A DNA stretch of 64,000 nt from Tubiluchus corallicola (GCA_030141605.1 JAQGDQ010002369.1:434001-498000); one strand, 5' to 3'. Shown: positions 1-9,018, counted from the stretch's first letter. The notes: generated by a model not told the origin, from the sequence alone. Made by a program: numbers and translations.

Positions 1-185
1 TCCCATAGAACTTATCATCAGCTAATTACACTAAAAATTCTTTTCGATTTAACAGAGCCAAACCTGCTTATTTTACTTTCCTTCGATTTCTTATAGGCGA
101 ATTTCCGTTAAAATACGTGTTTTTTCGTATAGGCTCTTTACCGGAAATCCATTAAAATATCTGTCCTTTAATAAGGAGAGATAAT

Positions 186-544
186 ATGTGTGAAAAAATA
201 ACCAAATGTCTATCAACAGCTTGCGCCTCAGCGACTGCTCTTGGAGCCGCTGCATGGATGTTACAAGAACCGCTCACTGAGTATATACAGACAGCAGCAA
301 AAGTCACAGAGCGATTTGGGGAGACCGTGAACGAGGGAACAAAAAAGACCTTTGAAGGCTTTTTTATACAGGAGCTGCAGGAGCATCTGGATACGGATCA
401 ACGTATTTTGGCGACCGTTATATAGAAAAATGCGACTCACTGACGCAGAGCCTTCCCTGCTTTACGTTTGGCGTTGGGTGCTTCGTACTTGGGGGAGTAG
501 CTATTATTACTCTAGTTTCATGCTATGAAAACATCAAAAAATAA
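186..544 (+). pseudogene. Small hydrophobic (Inc-like) protein, paralog A of a local YFGD-x-Y...C family; frameshifted in the T run at ~360-365
   Basis: RBS AAGGAG upstream. ORF 186-425 continues in another frame as TGAAGASGYGSTYFGDRYIEKCDSLTQSLPCFTFGVGCFVLGGVAIITLVSCYENIKK* (stop 542-544). Confidence 0.6.
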
Positions 545-553
545 GGATGATAT

Positions 554-954
554 ATGAATATTACAAATAATCTAAAATATTTTTCTAATGAGCTGGAGTT
601 GTTTCAAATGGTTAAACAGAGTCAAGACTCTGAATATTCTCGCATAAAAAGCCTTGCAATAATGATCTTCGTTTCAACAGGAGCAACAATTGGATCTGTT
701 CACTTTGGCGATTGTTATTTTGCGGATATTGTACTCATCTGTATCAAGATATCTCTTGTTTCGGTAATGCTGTAGCGTGTAGTGCATTGGCAGTACTGTC
801 TATATCTACTTTGGCCTACTTTCTAGCTAAAGAAACTAGCATGGGTTTTAGCAATCAAAGCGAACAGACAAAGACTGTACATTCTCAAAACACGAAGGAA
901 GATAAAAATTTAGAGTATATTCCAAATAGCGAGGGTACTTTCAACGTCTGTTAA
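554..954 (+). pseudogene. Small hydrophobic (Inc-like) protein, paralog B; frameshifted near 715-730
   Basis: ORFs 554-775 and 712-954 join into one protein collinear with the copy at 1758-2153 (GSVHFGDCY...CTHLYQDISCFGNAVAC). Confidence 0.65.
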
Positions 955-991
955 TCAATTGGTCGCAGGTTCGAATCCCGCACCTGGAGCA
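948..991 (+). pseudogene. 3' half of tRNA-Asn(GTT) (anticodon loop, T arm, acceptor 3' strand); att-like remnant
   Basis: CTGTTAA anticodon loop, TGGTC variable loop, GCAGG-TTCGAAT-CCCGC T arm (one mismatch), ACCTGGAG. No D arm or 5' acceptor strand upstream. Confidence 0.85.
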
Positions 992-1015
992 TCTTATGTA
1001 TATGGAGCCCCATTT

Positions 1016-1681
1016 ATGAAAAAGTTACTTTGTTTTCTGTTTGTTTTCTTTTCTCCTTTTACCTTTATTCATAGTGCAGCTTCATTAGACCAGGATGTGG
1101 TGGAACTATTAATCCCAAAGCTCAATAGTGATCGGATCGAATATTTTTTTGGTAGTTTTGGCGTTGAAGTTTTCGAGGATATTCCTGCCCCATTTGCTGA
1201 AAGCAGGGTGAGCAATCTCTTTTCCATTCATAATGATCAGAAAGTCTGTCGAACATTTGCTGTTGTAGATTTTCAACAACCCATGCATGACAGCCTAAGA
1301 CAGGTGCATAAAGAAATCAAAAATGGGACAGCTATTGGTATTGCTCTACGCAAGAGTGGATGGAAGATAGAAAAACGTCCCGTCTATTTTGGTTCTGTTT
1401 CTCTATCATCTCAAATTCAAGCCTTGATGCATGAAAATAATGCAGATCAAGCGGCCGTTCATATCTATAAGCTTGTCATTTCAAAAGAGGGGTTCAATGA
1501 GGGGATTCACTACTGCACGATCATTGAAGTTCAGAATCCACAATATCTGGACTCTTCTTGGCTAAGGTCTTTATATTCTCATCAATATGATGAATATCAG
1601 ACGATTACTGAGGAAGTGAGGGCATTGATGGATTCTTTAAATGAACTGATTAGTAACTTTCCAAGGAATCTTGTCGACTGA
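1016..1681 (+). CDS. Exported hypothetical protein
   Basis: ATG at 1016 gives signal-like MKKLLCFLFVFFSPFTFIHSA. Lies between the two repeat copies. Confidence 0.75.
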   Translation: MKKLLCFLFVFFSPFTFIHSAASLDQDVVELLIPKLNSDRIEYFFGSFGVEVFEDIPAPFAESRVSNLFSIHNDQKVCRTFAVVDFQQPMHDSLRQVHKEIKNGTAIGIALRKSGWKIEKRPVYFGSVSLSSQIQALMHENNADQAAVHIYKLVISKEGFNEGIHYCTIIEVQNPQYLDSSWLRSLYSHQYDEYQTITEEVRALMDSLNELISNFPRNLVD

Positions 1682-1757
1682 AGGCTTTTCTAGAATGATG
1701 TTAAATCAATTGCTCTAATTTCATGCTATGAAAACATTAAAAAATAAGGAACAACAT

Positions 1758-2153
1758 ATGAAAATAGAAAATAATCTAAAATCTTTTTCTAGAAATTTGG
1801 AATTAGTCTAAACTATCAAGCAAAATCATGAGTTCGAAGATTCACGCATGAAAAATCTTGCAAAAATGATTCTCATTTCTGCAGGTGCTGCAATCGGAGC
1901 CACTTATTTCGGTGATTATCATATAGATGAATGTACTCATCTGTATCTAGATATCTCTTGATTCAGTAGTGGTGTAGCATCTTTTGCACTAACAATGCTA
2001 TCTGTATCTGCTGTGGCTTACTATCTAGCTAAACAAATTAGCATAGATTTTAGCAATCAAAGTGAAAAGACAAATACTGTACATTCTCAAGGCGTGAAGG
2101 AAGATAAAAATTTAGAGCATTCCAAATACGTGGGCACTTTCTGTGCCTGTTAA
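1758..2153 (+). pseudogene. Paralog B' with two in-frame stops
   Basis: MKIENNLKSFSRNLELV*TIKQ...GATYFGDYHIDECTHLYLDIS*FSSGV...GTFCAC*; collinear with 554-954. Confidence 0.8.
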
Positions 2154-2190
2154 TCAATTGGTCGCAGGTTCGAATCCCGCACCCGGAACA
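2147..2190 (+). pseudogene. Second tRNA-Asn(GTT) 3' half (att-like remnant)
   Basis: ctgttaatcaattggtcgcaggttcgaatcccgcacccggaaca, nearly identical to 948-991. Confidence 0.85.
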
Positions 2191-2194
2191 TCTT

Positions 2195-2222
2195 AAGGCC
2201 GGCCGGCAAGCCGGCCTTTTTT
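2195..2222 (+). terminator. Rho-independent terminator after the tRNA remnant
   Basis: AAGGCCGGC-cggcaa-GCCGGCCTT followed by a T run. Confidence 0.8.
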
Positions 2223-2360
2223 ATCTCCAAAGAACTTGAAAAAATGTAGAGACTTCATAGAACCTATCTCGCATAAATTTCCTGTTGCGCCAAACCAAGT
2301 TTTGAAGTTGTTTGGGCCTATAATAAAGCCTATGCCAATGGTTTTTGGAGGGTAGAAAAA

Positions 2361-3461
2361 ATGATGAGATGCTTTTTATTGGCAATCGTTTGTCTGTTTT
2401 CAGCTGTGGTGTCTTCTGAAAGAAAAGCTGAACCGGTCGTTCTTATGCAAAATTTCGATCCCCTTGAATGGGAACATGTTCATGTAAATATGGACAAAAT
2501 CGATGATCTTGCAGTCAAGTTATTAAAAAACTACCAGTTGCAAGCCCCTGATTGGAGTGAGATCCTTCCTCCGGGGTTAAGTTTTACTGAGAAAGCCGAA
2601 TACATTCTAGGATTAATCACTATCGATTTTTGCCACTGGGGGTTAACAAAAGCTCCTGAAGGCATTAGCAAATATGATTTTTATACAAAAACGGATCAGG
2701 GTGAAACCGTTCGAGGTTCTGGCGCTATGACTGAGCTGGCAAAAAATGCCTACCGGAAAGGAATTAGGCTTTTTGATGCCGCTTACATGCAAAAAGTAAG
2801 TGCAGACGATCTCAGACCTCATTTCACGGGCTTTGATGCCGCAGGCAAGCCGATCGAAATTCCCTTTTTGGAAAAGAGGGTTCAAGTCATGAATGAGACA
2901 GGAGAGGTTCTTGTAAAAAAATGGGGAGGTTCTTTTTTTCAGGTTCTACGTGCTGCTGAAGGAAGAGCCTTTAATAATGGGAAAGGGTTGGTAGAACTTC
3001 TTATTCATGATTTTTCCAGGTTTAGAGATGAAAATATCTACAAAGGGAAGAAGATTGGAATTTACAAACTGGCACAACTCTCTGTGATTGCTCTGCAAAA
3101 TGCCTTAGGTTCATATCCCGATTTTCAACCTTTTACTGATTGTGATGCATTAACTCTTTGCGCTGACTATCAAATACCAAGAAGTTTGCAAGCCTTGGGA
3201 ATTTTGGAATATGACCCCAAACTTGCAAATGCGATCGAACGGCAGGAATTGATACCTGAGGGCTCTTCGTATGAAATTGAGATACGAATGGCGACCGTCT
3301 TTGTCGGTCATCTGCTTCAAAAGAGCATTAATGATTCTTTAGCAGGCGAAGGAAAGCCTTTGATTACATCTCAAGAACTTGACTTTCTTCTTTGGAGTCA
3401 TGGACGTCAATTAAAAAGCACCACCACCAAGCACCACCTAACGCCGACAATCATGTATTGA
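2361..3461 (+). CDS. Queuosine salvage hydrolase (Qng1/DUF2419 family) with N-terminal signal peptide
   Basis: Family motifs IDFCHW, F..FRD, YKLAQL, ADYQIP..L..LGIL.Y, EIEIR, ELDFLLW and terminal HHLTPTIMY. N-terminus MMRCFLLAIVCLFSAVVSS. Confidence 0.9.
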   Translation: MMRCFLLAIVCLFSAVVSSERKAEPVVLMQNFDPLEWEHVHVNMDKIDDLAVKLLKNYQLQAPDWSEILPPGLSFTEKAEYILGLITIDFCHWGLTKAPEGISKYDFYTKTDQGETVRGSGAMTELAKNAYRKGIRLFDAAYMQKVSADDLRPHFTGFDAAGKPIEIPFLEKRVQVMNETGEVLVKKWGGSFFQVLRAAEGRAFNNGKGLVELLIHDFSRFRDENIYKGKKIGIYKLAQLSVIALQNALGSYPDFQPFTDCDALTLCADYQIPRSLQALGILEYDPKLANAIERQELIPEGSSYEIEIRMATVFVGHLLQKSINDSLAGEGKPLITSQELDFLLWSHGRQLKSTTTKHHLTPTIMY

Positions 3462-3472
3462 GGTTCCTACAA

Positions 3473-4187
3473 ATGAAAATGAAGCTCCTGTATGTTATTT
3501 TTTATTTCATCCTCACATCCAATCTTTCCGCAGAAAGAATTCTAATCGGGATAGCCGGAGGAACAGCCTCAGGAAAGACAACATTCGCAGAAATATTGCA
3601 AAATAACTTTTTTGAAGAAGCAATCGTCATTTCTTTGGACAACTACTTTAAAGAATTTCCCTCTCTTTCCCTTGAAGAGCTGATGAATCTGAACTGGGAC
3701 AGTCCTGATGTTGTCGATGTGGACCTGATGGTAGGACAGCTTTTAGCCTTGAAAGAGGGAAAGTCTGTGCAGCAGCCTGTTCCAAATTTAGAAACCTTTT
3801 CAAGAGAGCCTTTTACTATGAAAATAGATCCGGCCCCGGTCATCATTGTAGAGGGGATACTTCTTTTTGCTATTCCTGAAATAAGAGACATGTTCGATTT
3901 AAGGTTATACCTTGAGGTAAGCGATGACATCAGGCTTTTAAGGAGGCTTAACAGAGATATTCGGGAGAGGGGAGGAGACCTTCTATCCCTTTTCGGAACA
4001 ATATCTAGAGACCGTAAAACCTATGCATGATCTTTATATTGAACCAAGTAAGGAACATGCCCATTTCATCATTGAAAGCTATGAATGCACTAAAAAAGAG
4101 TGCCACCTTGTAGTGAAAAATAGAAGAACTGGTAAGGATCATCAGAAGCTTTCCCTTAAAGAAATGATGATGAAGTCTGAATTTTGA
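3473..4187 (+). CDS. Uridine-kinase-family nucleoside kinase with signal peptide; apparent +1 frameshift at T run 3990-3993
   Basis: IGIAGGTASGKTT P-loop, VIIVEGILLF, RLLRRLNRDIRERG. The shifted frame restores EQYLETVKPMHDLYIEPSKEHAHFII, the canonical Udk C-terminus. Confidence 0.85.
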
Positions 4188-4196
4188 CTGCATGGT

Positions 4197-4263
4197 TGTC
4201 TAATCAAAAGACCGGAGCATATTACAGTAGCCTTTTAAGACCGTCCGATAAGCCGGCCTTTTT
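4197..4263 (+). repeat. Degenerate third tRNA-Asn-tail/terminator remnant
   Basis: tgtctaatcaa...accggagcat...ttaagaccgtccgataagccggccttttt resembles 2148-2222. Confidence 0.55.
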
Positions 4264-4452
4264 CTATGGTCAAATCCACTCCTACTTAAGAAAGAACTAT
4301 TGGAAGATAGTTCAATATCCTCGTTAAGGATTTGGAGGGACTTTGGTCTGATTTTCAATCTCTGCTAAAATACATAAAATAAAGTTTCGGACTTATGTGA
4401 AATCTCTCTCATCTCTTAAATTCGGCATTTCCTCACCGAGCGGGGACGAGTA

Positions 4453-4953
4453 ATGACCATTGCAGTAATCACTGATGACTTTGAACAAACCGACTGGGAT
4501 ATTGTCCCTGCTCCTGATTTTGTTCCAATTCGTGGAGCTGACATCAAGATCGACCGGGTAGGGCTTGCAGCTCTTAGAGAATTAAAATCAAACCCAGAGA
4601 TGCTCACTGAGGAAAGGGAGGCTATTCACGAAAGGCTCGAAGCACGGAATGAATTCCGATTAGCCCAGAGTAAGGAAATTCAGGATCAATCAGTCTTCGA
4701 GGGAAGGGACGTTGTTCAGGTAAGAACTCATATCGGAGAACTGCCTCCCGGATGGAATGGCCCGATCAACAAATGTGCTCCCTGTTCAGGAGAAGTAACA
4801 ATCGCTGCTTTATCCATCTTTGCTGGGTTGGTTTGTGCGTGCTTTCCTTTAACAGCTCCCGCAGCTCCTTGGCTCTTGACTAATGGTGTTGTTATTTTAA
4901 GTCATCAAGTCCTTTCAGATTCGGCCAGAGTTATAGAGGAGATCAGAAAATGA
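4453..4953 (+). CDS. Hypothetical protein with C-terminal hydrophobic hairpin
   Basis: 166-aa ORF with VTIAALSIFAGLVCACFPLTAPAAPWLLTNGVVIL near the C-terminus. Stop overlaps the next ATG (ATGA). Confidence 0.75.
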   Translation: MTIAVITDDFEQTDWDIVPAPDFVPIRGADIKIDRVGLAALRELKSNPEMLTEEREAIHERLEARNEFRLAQSKEIQDQSVFEGRDVVQVRTHIGELPPGWNGPINKCAPCSGEVTIAALSIFAGLVCACFPLTAPAAPWLLTNGVVILSHQVLSDSARVIEEIRK

Positions 4954-5114
4954 TGTATTTATTTGCTTTTCTATTTGGAGCTGTCGTCTGGGCCATAGGT
5001 CGATATTTTTTTCTAAGTGAGTGGACGATTTATCCAAGTGCTGCTGCATTCTCAACAGTTGCTTTGTGGATGCGATACCGATACAGAAAGAAAAAAACAG
5101 CGAAAAAATCCTGA
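4950..5114 (+). CDS. Small 2-TM membrane protein with basic tail, paralog 1 (54 aa; not in ORF track)
   Basis: MMYLFAFLFGAVVWAIGRYFFLSEWTIYPSAAAFSTVALWMRYRYRKKKTAKKS*; GAGGAG RBS; ATGA coupling. Confidence 0.75.
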   Translation: MMYLFAFLFGAVVWAIGRYFFLSEWTIYPSAAAFSTVALWMRYRYRKKKTAKKS

Positions 5115-5149
5115 AATGACGATCAAAGAATATTCTTTTAGGATTAATA

Positions 5150-5311
5150 ATGATGTATATAATTCTTGCTCTGATAGGCGGTCTTTATGGATGGGCCTGC
5201 GAGTATTTTTCTCTTAGTCAATACTGGGTTTATCCCATAGCTATTGTGTCTACAGCAATTGCTATCTGGTTGAGAAGCCGATATCGAAAGAAGCAATCAA
5301 AAAGAACGTAA
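5150..5311 (+). CDS. Small 2-TM membrane protein with basic tail, paralog 2 (53 aa; not in ORF track)
   Basis: MMYIILALIGGLYGWACEYFSLSQYWVYPIAIVSTAIAIWLRSRYRKKQSKRT*; clear similarity to paralog 1. Confidence 0.75.
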   Translation: MMYIILALIGGLYGWACEYFSLSQYWVYPIAIVSTAIAIWLRSRYRKKQSKRT

Positions 5312-5340
5312 GATCGCCTTCCTCACGCATATGAAAGAAA

Positions 5341-5513
5341 ATGATATTCAATATATTACTCATAAGCTTATTCGGAAGCTTATTCGGAACAGGCACGTGG
5401 CTGTTGTAACATCTTTTAGAATGGAGTGACTGGGGTTTTTTCCGTGCGCATTTGCTTTTACTGCAATAGCATTTTGGGTGAGAAGTAGACTCCGAAAGAG
5501 AAAAAGAGCGTGA
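5341..5513 (+). pseudogene. Small membrane protein paralog 3, disrupted
   Basis: MIFNILLISLFGSLFGTGTWLL* ... then shifted frame PCAFAFTAIAFWVRSRLRKRKRA*. Contains a 12-bp duplication at 5364-5387. Confidence 0.65.
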
Positions 5514-5571
5514 TCACCACAGTAGACTTGCTTCTCTTTTGAGATAGAGGAGACCCGAAGATGACCAACTG

Positions 5572-5835
5572 TTATTGTTTTCTATAGTGCCTCTGTTTTG
5601 GCTTGCAAGCAAAGGGATAAAGATCCACAAACTCTTTCATTACACGGAGGAAGTTTTGATGATCTGTACTCATATCCCGTAAGATATCTCCTGAAATGAT
5701 CGAGACGTGATCATTCTTCCTACTAATAGAAGTATGAATAAAAATGTCTCCTGAGGATTCTTCTTTGATAATACCAAGATCTGCCAATTGATCTTTGTCT
5801 AATTGTGAATCTTCTTTAACGTCAAATGAGGATAT
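5572..5835 (-). pseudogene. Probable 3' fragment of a hypothetical gene
   Basis: Open frame with weak TTG start. Its 5' end abuts the cysC-like fragment on the other strand. Confidence 0.35.
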
Positions 5836-5839
5836 CCGC

Positions 5840-5959
5840 CTCGCGGGACTCAATGAACCCTATGATGTTCCTAAACATCCCGATGTCATCTGTGATACTG
5901 ATCGGTTAACAGTTCAAGAGTCTGTCTCTAAAATTTGCACCTATTTGGAAAAAAATTAG
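5840..5959 (+). pseudogene. C-terminal fragment of adenylylsulfate kinase (CysC-like)
   Basis: LAGLNEPYDVPKHPDVICDTDRLTVQESVSKICTYLEKN* matches the CysC tail pattern (G...PYE.P..P....DT....VEESV..I..YL). No N-terminal P-loop. Confidence 0.6.
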
Positions 5960-6053
5960 CAATACCTATTAAAAAGAAGAACTCTTGGAAAATCGTCTGG
6001 CAAACGATCTGAATGGATTGATTTTTTATTCTCTATGGTCTAGGAGAAAGAGC

Positions 6054-7110
6054 ATGGACCCAACAAGAGAAAAAATCTGTCTTGCCAGTGATAATTTCAC
6101 AGAAGCCCATCCTCTTGTTGTCCAGGCTGTTGTTGAGGCCAATAAAGGTTATGCCTCTCCTTATGGAGGCGATCTTTGGACCGAAGAAGCACAACAACTT
6201 ATTCAGGAAGTGTTTGGAAGGAAATGCAAGGTTTTCTTTGTTCCTACAGGGACAGGGGCTAATATTTTTGCTCTCAAACTTTCCTGCGACAGCCATGAAT
6301 CGGTTATCTGTACTGATGCAGCCCCATATTCACACTCTGGAATGTGGTTCTCCTGAATCCATTGTGGGATGCAAGCTTTTGATTGTCCCTCACCAGGAGG
6401 GGAAACTGAACCCTGAAGCGGTGTTAAAGGAGTTAAGAAGAGAAAAGGCGTTTGGAAAGCTTTCTACTTCTCCCCGGGTTCTGTCCGTCACGCAACCTAC
6501 GGAAGTTGGGACTCTCTATACCCTTGATGAACTGAAAGCTCTATTGAAGCTGTGCAAAGAAGAGAATCTTCTTTTCCATATGGATGGAAGCCGCCTTTAT
6601 AACGCTCTAGTGAGCTTAAAGGTTTCTTTTTCCGAGTTTGTCAGTGCCGTTTGTCCTGATACTCTATCCCTGGGAGGGACGAAAAATGGGTTGATGGGGG
6701 CTGAATCCCTGCTGATCTTCAATCCGGACTTGTATGAGGGTAGTGATCATCTACAAAAACAAACCCTTCAGCTTCTTTCAAAAATGCGATTCCTTTCAGC
6801 TTAGTACATCCCACTCTTTAAAAAAGATTTATGGCATCATCTTGCAGCCCAGGCAAATCAAAAGGCACAAGAAATCGCTTCAATAGTTAAAGAGACAGCT
6901 CACCTTTCTTTGGATTATCCAGTTGAAACCAATCAAATCTTTTTCACTGCGCCTCCTTCCTGGATTCCATTGATCCAGGAAAAAATCATTTGTTATCCCT
7001 GGAATCTGGAGCAGAACGAAGTTCGATTTATTACATCCTGGAACACTTCAAAACAGGATGTAAAAGACGTAAAAGCCATTCTCTCTGAAATATCCCGCAA
7101 TCCCATTTAG
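6054..7110 (+). pseudogene. ltaE: Low-specificity L-threonine aldolase, frameshift (~6320) and in-frame TAG (6802-6804)
   Basis: ASDN, YGGD.WT, TGTGAN, TQPTEVGTLY, HMDGSR, GGTKNG (PLP Lys), SKMRFLSA*Y, PVETNQIF, VRFITSW. Confidence 0.9.
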
Positions 7111-7140
7111 AAAACAAAATCCCATACTTCGTAGCATATT

Positions 7141-7159
7141 AGCCCCTCTCAGAGGGGTT
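7141..7159. terminator. Hairpin, possible terminator
   Basis: agcccctct-c-agaggggtt downstream of ltaE. Confidence 0.4.
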
Positions 7160-7246
7160 CTGTTGTTTCGGAATTTTACTAATTTTTTCTGTCAGGTTTT
7201 CGAGCTTGATTCCTGAAGAGAAGATCTGGTAGATTGCTGCCCTTTT

Positions 7247-7825
7247 TTGGAGGTCCCTTTGATAGAAATCAGTTCTGCGGCAGACCTTTTGTATGAGGCA
7301 GTCGATCAAGTAAATCAGCAGTATGAGAAAGATGAGAGTGAATACAGGGTAGAGGTAACAAATACGACCATCGATCCCAAAGAACCTGTCTTTTTACAAT
7401 TGAAGTATAGCAATGGAGCGATAAAACAAATTGGTGTAGTTCATCTCGTTCGTCTCGAAGGCCCCGACTGGGATGCAAGACCGTGGGAGACAATGGCACG
7501 GACGATCGATCAAGTGAGAGATTCTATTTTTACGAGGGTACGCTTGTATTTTTCTGCAGTGGACAGAGGTTTGTTCATTAATGAAAGGGGAACGATTTTA
7601 GATTTTAAAGACTGCAAGGTGGTCATTGGGAAGGATCAGACGTTTTCAGTGGATGGATGGACAGTTACTTTTAAGGGAAAAGAAATCAAAATTTTCCAGT
7701 TGGCCAGTGAGGGCATCATCGAATTTCAGAGAATGAAAAATGGGCACATTGAGTTCACCGATTCCATCGATCAACGAGAAGGGAAGGGGATGTTTATTCA
7801 TGAAGGCCGCATCTACCGAGCCTAG
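7247..7825 (+). CDS. Hypothetical protein (start uncertain)
   Basis: 192-aa ORF in the operon-like run; no recognised motif. Confidence 0.55.
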   Translation: MEVPLIEISSAADLLYEAVDQVNQQYEKDESEYRVEVTNTTIDPKEPVFLQLKYSNGAIKQIGVVHLVRLEGPDWDARPWETMARTIDQVRDSIFTRVRLYFSAVDRGLFINERGTILDFKDCKVVIGKDQTFSVDGWTVTFKGKEIKIFQLASEGIIEFQRMKNGHIEFTDSIDQREGKGMFIHEGRIYRA

Positions 7826-7836
7826 GGAGTTGAAGA

Positions 7837-8190
7837 ATGAAGAAGGTTGTTATTGTATTCGTATTGTTGATGAGTATTGCCTATGCAGAGACTCATCGTG
7901 TGCTTCAGTTTGAAAATGAGCATGTCAAGGTTTGGAAAACGATTATTTTCCCCAACCAGCCTTTAAAAATGCACCGGCATGACCGGTCTCGAGTTGTGGT
8001 TAGCCTCAAGGGAGGTGTCCTCACTAAAATTGAGGATACAGGGGAAGAGTCTGAGCTTGTTTTCGAGTCGCATAAAGCCTACTGGCTAGATGAGGATCCT
8101 CCGAATACCTTGCATGCAGACATCAATGAATCGAATGAACCTATCGAGGTCATGGTCATTGAGCTGAAGCAGGGAAAAAAGGACTACTGA
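7837..8190 (+). CDS. Exported cupin-fold protein
   Basis: Signal peptide; FENEHVKVW...P...LKMHRHD...VVV.L.GG...LHADIN...IEVMVIELK. Confidence 0.8.
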   Translation: MKKVVIVFVLLMSIAYAETHRVLQFENEHVKVWKTIIFPNQPLKMHRHDRSRVVVSLKGGVLTKIEDTGEESELVFESHKAYWLDEDPPNTLHADINESNEPIEVMVIELKQGKKDY

Positions 8191-9018
8191 TGAGAAAAAT
8201 ATTTTTACTCCTCTCAGCAATGTGTTTCTCATCTAATATTCTGTTGGCGGACGAAGTCAATGCAGAACAAGATCCAATCGAATATATTCAAAGATGTCGC
8301 AATCATTATCAGGATATCTTTATAGAAGGATTAATATTAGAAGTTGGGGAGAACCCTGTGCGATGCAAGATATGAACTCATCAAACCTGTCCTCGACCGA
8401 TTCGTTGGATCCTTTTCTGTTCTTGATGTAGGTGCCTGTGAAGGTTACTTTTCCTTTCGGGTTGCCTCGGACTATCCTGCCCAGTGCCACATGATCGAGG
8501 GGGGATATTATCAGGACAAGCCCAATAAGTTGCTGGCATTATCTAGATTCAACAATTTCCCAAATATTTACCTCATGAATACGAGGTTGAATCTCGATGT
8601 TCTGAGAGAAATCTCCGAGGCGAAACACTTCGATATTGTCTTCGCCTTTTTGGTCGTTCATCAGATGGCAGATCAAAGACATGCACTCTATGAGTCCCAT
8701 TTGGAAGAGTCAAAAAAATACATAGAGCTCCTCCTTTGTCTCGGCTCACATCTGATTATTGAGACTTCTACAGATTTGTATCCTCATCTGGATCAGTATG
8801 TAATGGAATTATGTGAGGAACTTGATGGGGAATATTTGGGAGAGCTGCCCAGATATAAAAAGGGAAAACCCACAGCTAACGGACGGTTCTATCTGTTCAA
8901 AAGCAATGATGATCAGTGTTCGCCAGATCCCATCTCTTCTGAGATGTTCCAAAGGTTGAATGGAGTTTATCCTGAAAAGGATGAAGTCATTGCAAGTTCC
9001 GAAAAGATTTTAGAATGA
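8190..9018 (+). pseudogene. Class I SAM-dependent methyltransferase with signal peptide; frameshift near 8345-8355
   Basis: VLDVGACEGYFS motif I and FDIVFAFLVVHQ. N-terminal part lies in ORF 8190-8375. Confidence 0.75.

Larger units (their letters stand above)
508..996 (+). repeat. Copy 1 of a diverged ~490-bp direct repeat (3' end of paralog A + paralog B + tRNA-Asn 3' half)
   Basis: Aligns by eye along its length with 1710-2195 (e.g. tttcatgctatgaaaacat, tgtacattctcaa, gaagataaaaatttagag, ctgttaatcaattggtcgcaggttcgaatcccgcacc). Confidence 0.9.
1710..2195 (+). repeat. Copy 2 of the ~490-bp direct repeat
   Basis: See copy 1 at 508-996. Confidence 0.9.

Noticed and set aside
920-991. Functional tRNA-Asn gene (also 2120-2190)
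   Set aside because: No 5' acceptor strand or D arm; the upstream sequence is protein-coding and the T stem has a mismatch.
959-1015. Track start of the 240-aa ORF (MVAGSNPAPGA...)
   Set aside because: This is translation of the tRNA remnant; ATG 1016 gives a proper signal peptide.
508-4263. CRISPR array or integron attC array
   Set aside because: Repeats are tRNA-derived, kb-spaced and few; no cas genes, intI or attC-like structure seen.
5017-5217. 66-aa ORF in the track
   Set aside because: Out-of-frame overlap of the two real-looking small paralogs at 4950-5114 and 5150-5311.
5364-5387. 12-bp tandem repeat AAGCTTATTCGG x2 as a regulatory element
   Set aside because: Only two copies, in frame within a decayed gene; simple slippage duplication.
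6802-6804. Stop-codon reassignment or readthrough (TAG in ltaE; TAA/TGA in paralog B')
   Set aside because: Intact genes here terminate with TAA, TAG and TGA, and the affected genes carry other lesions.
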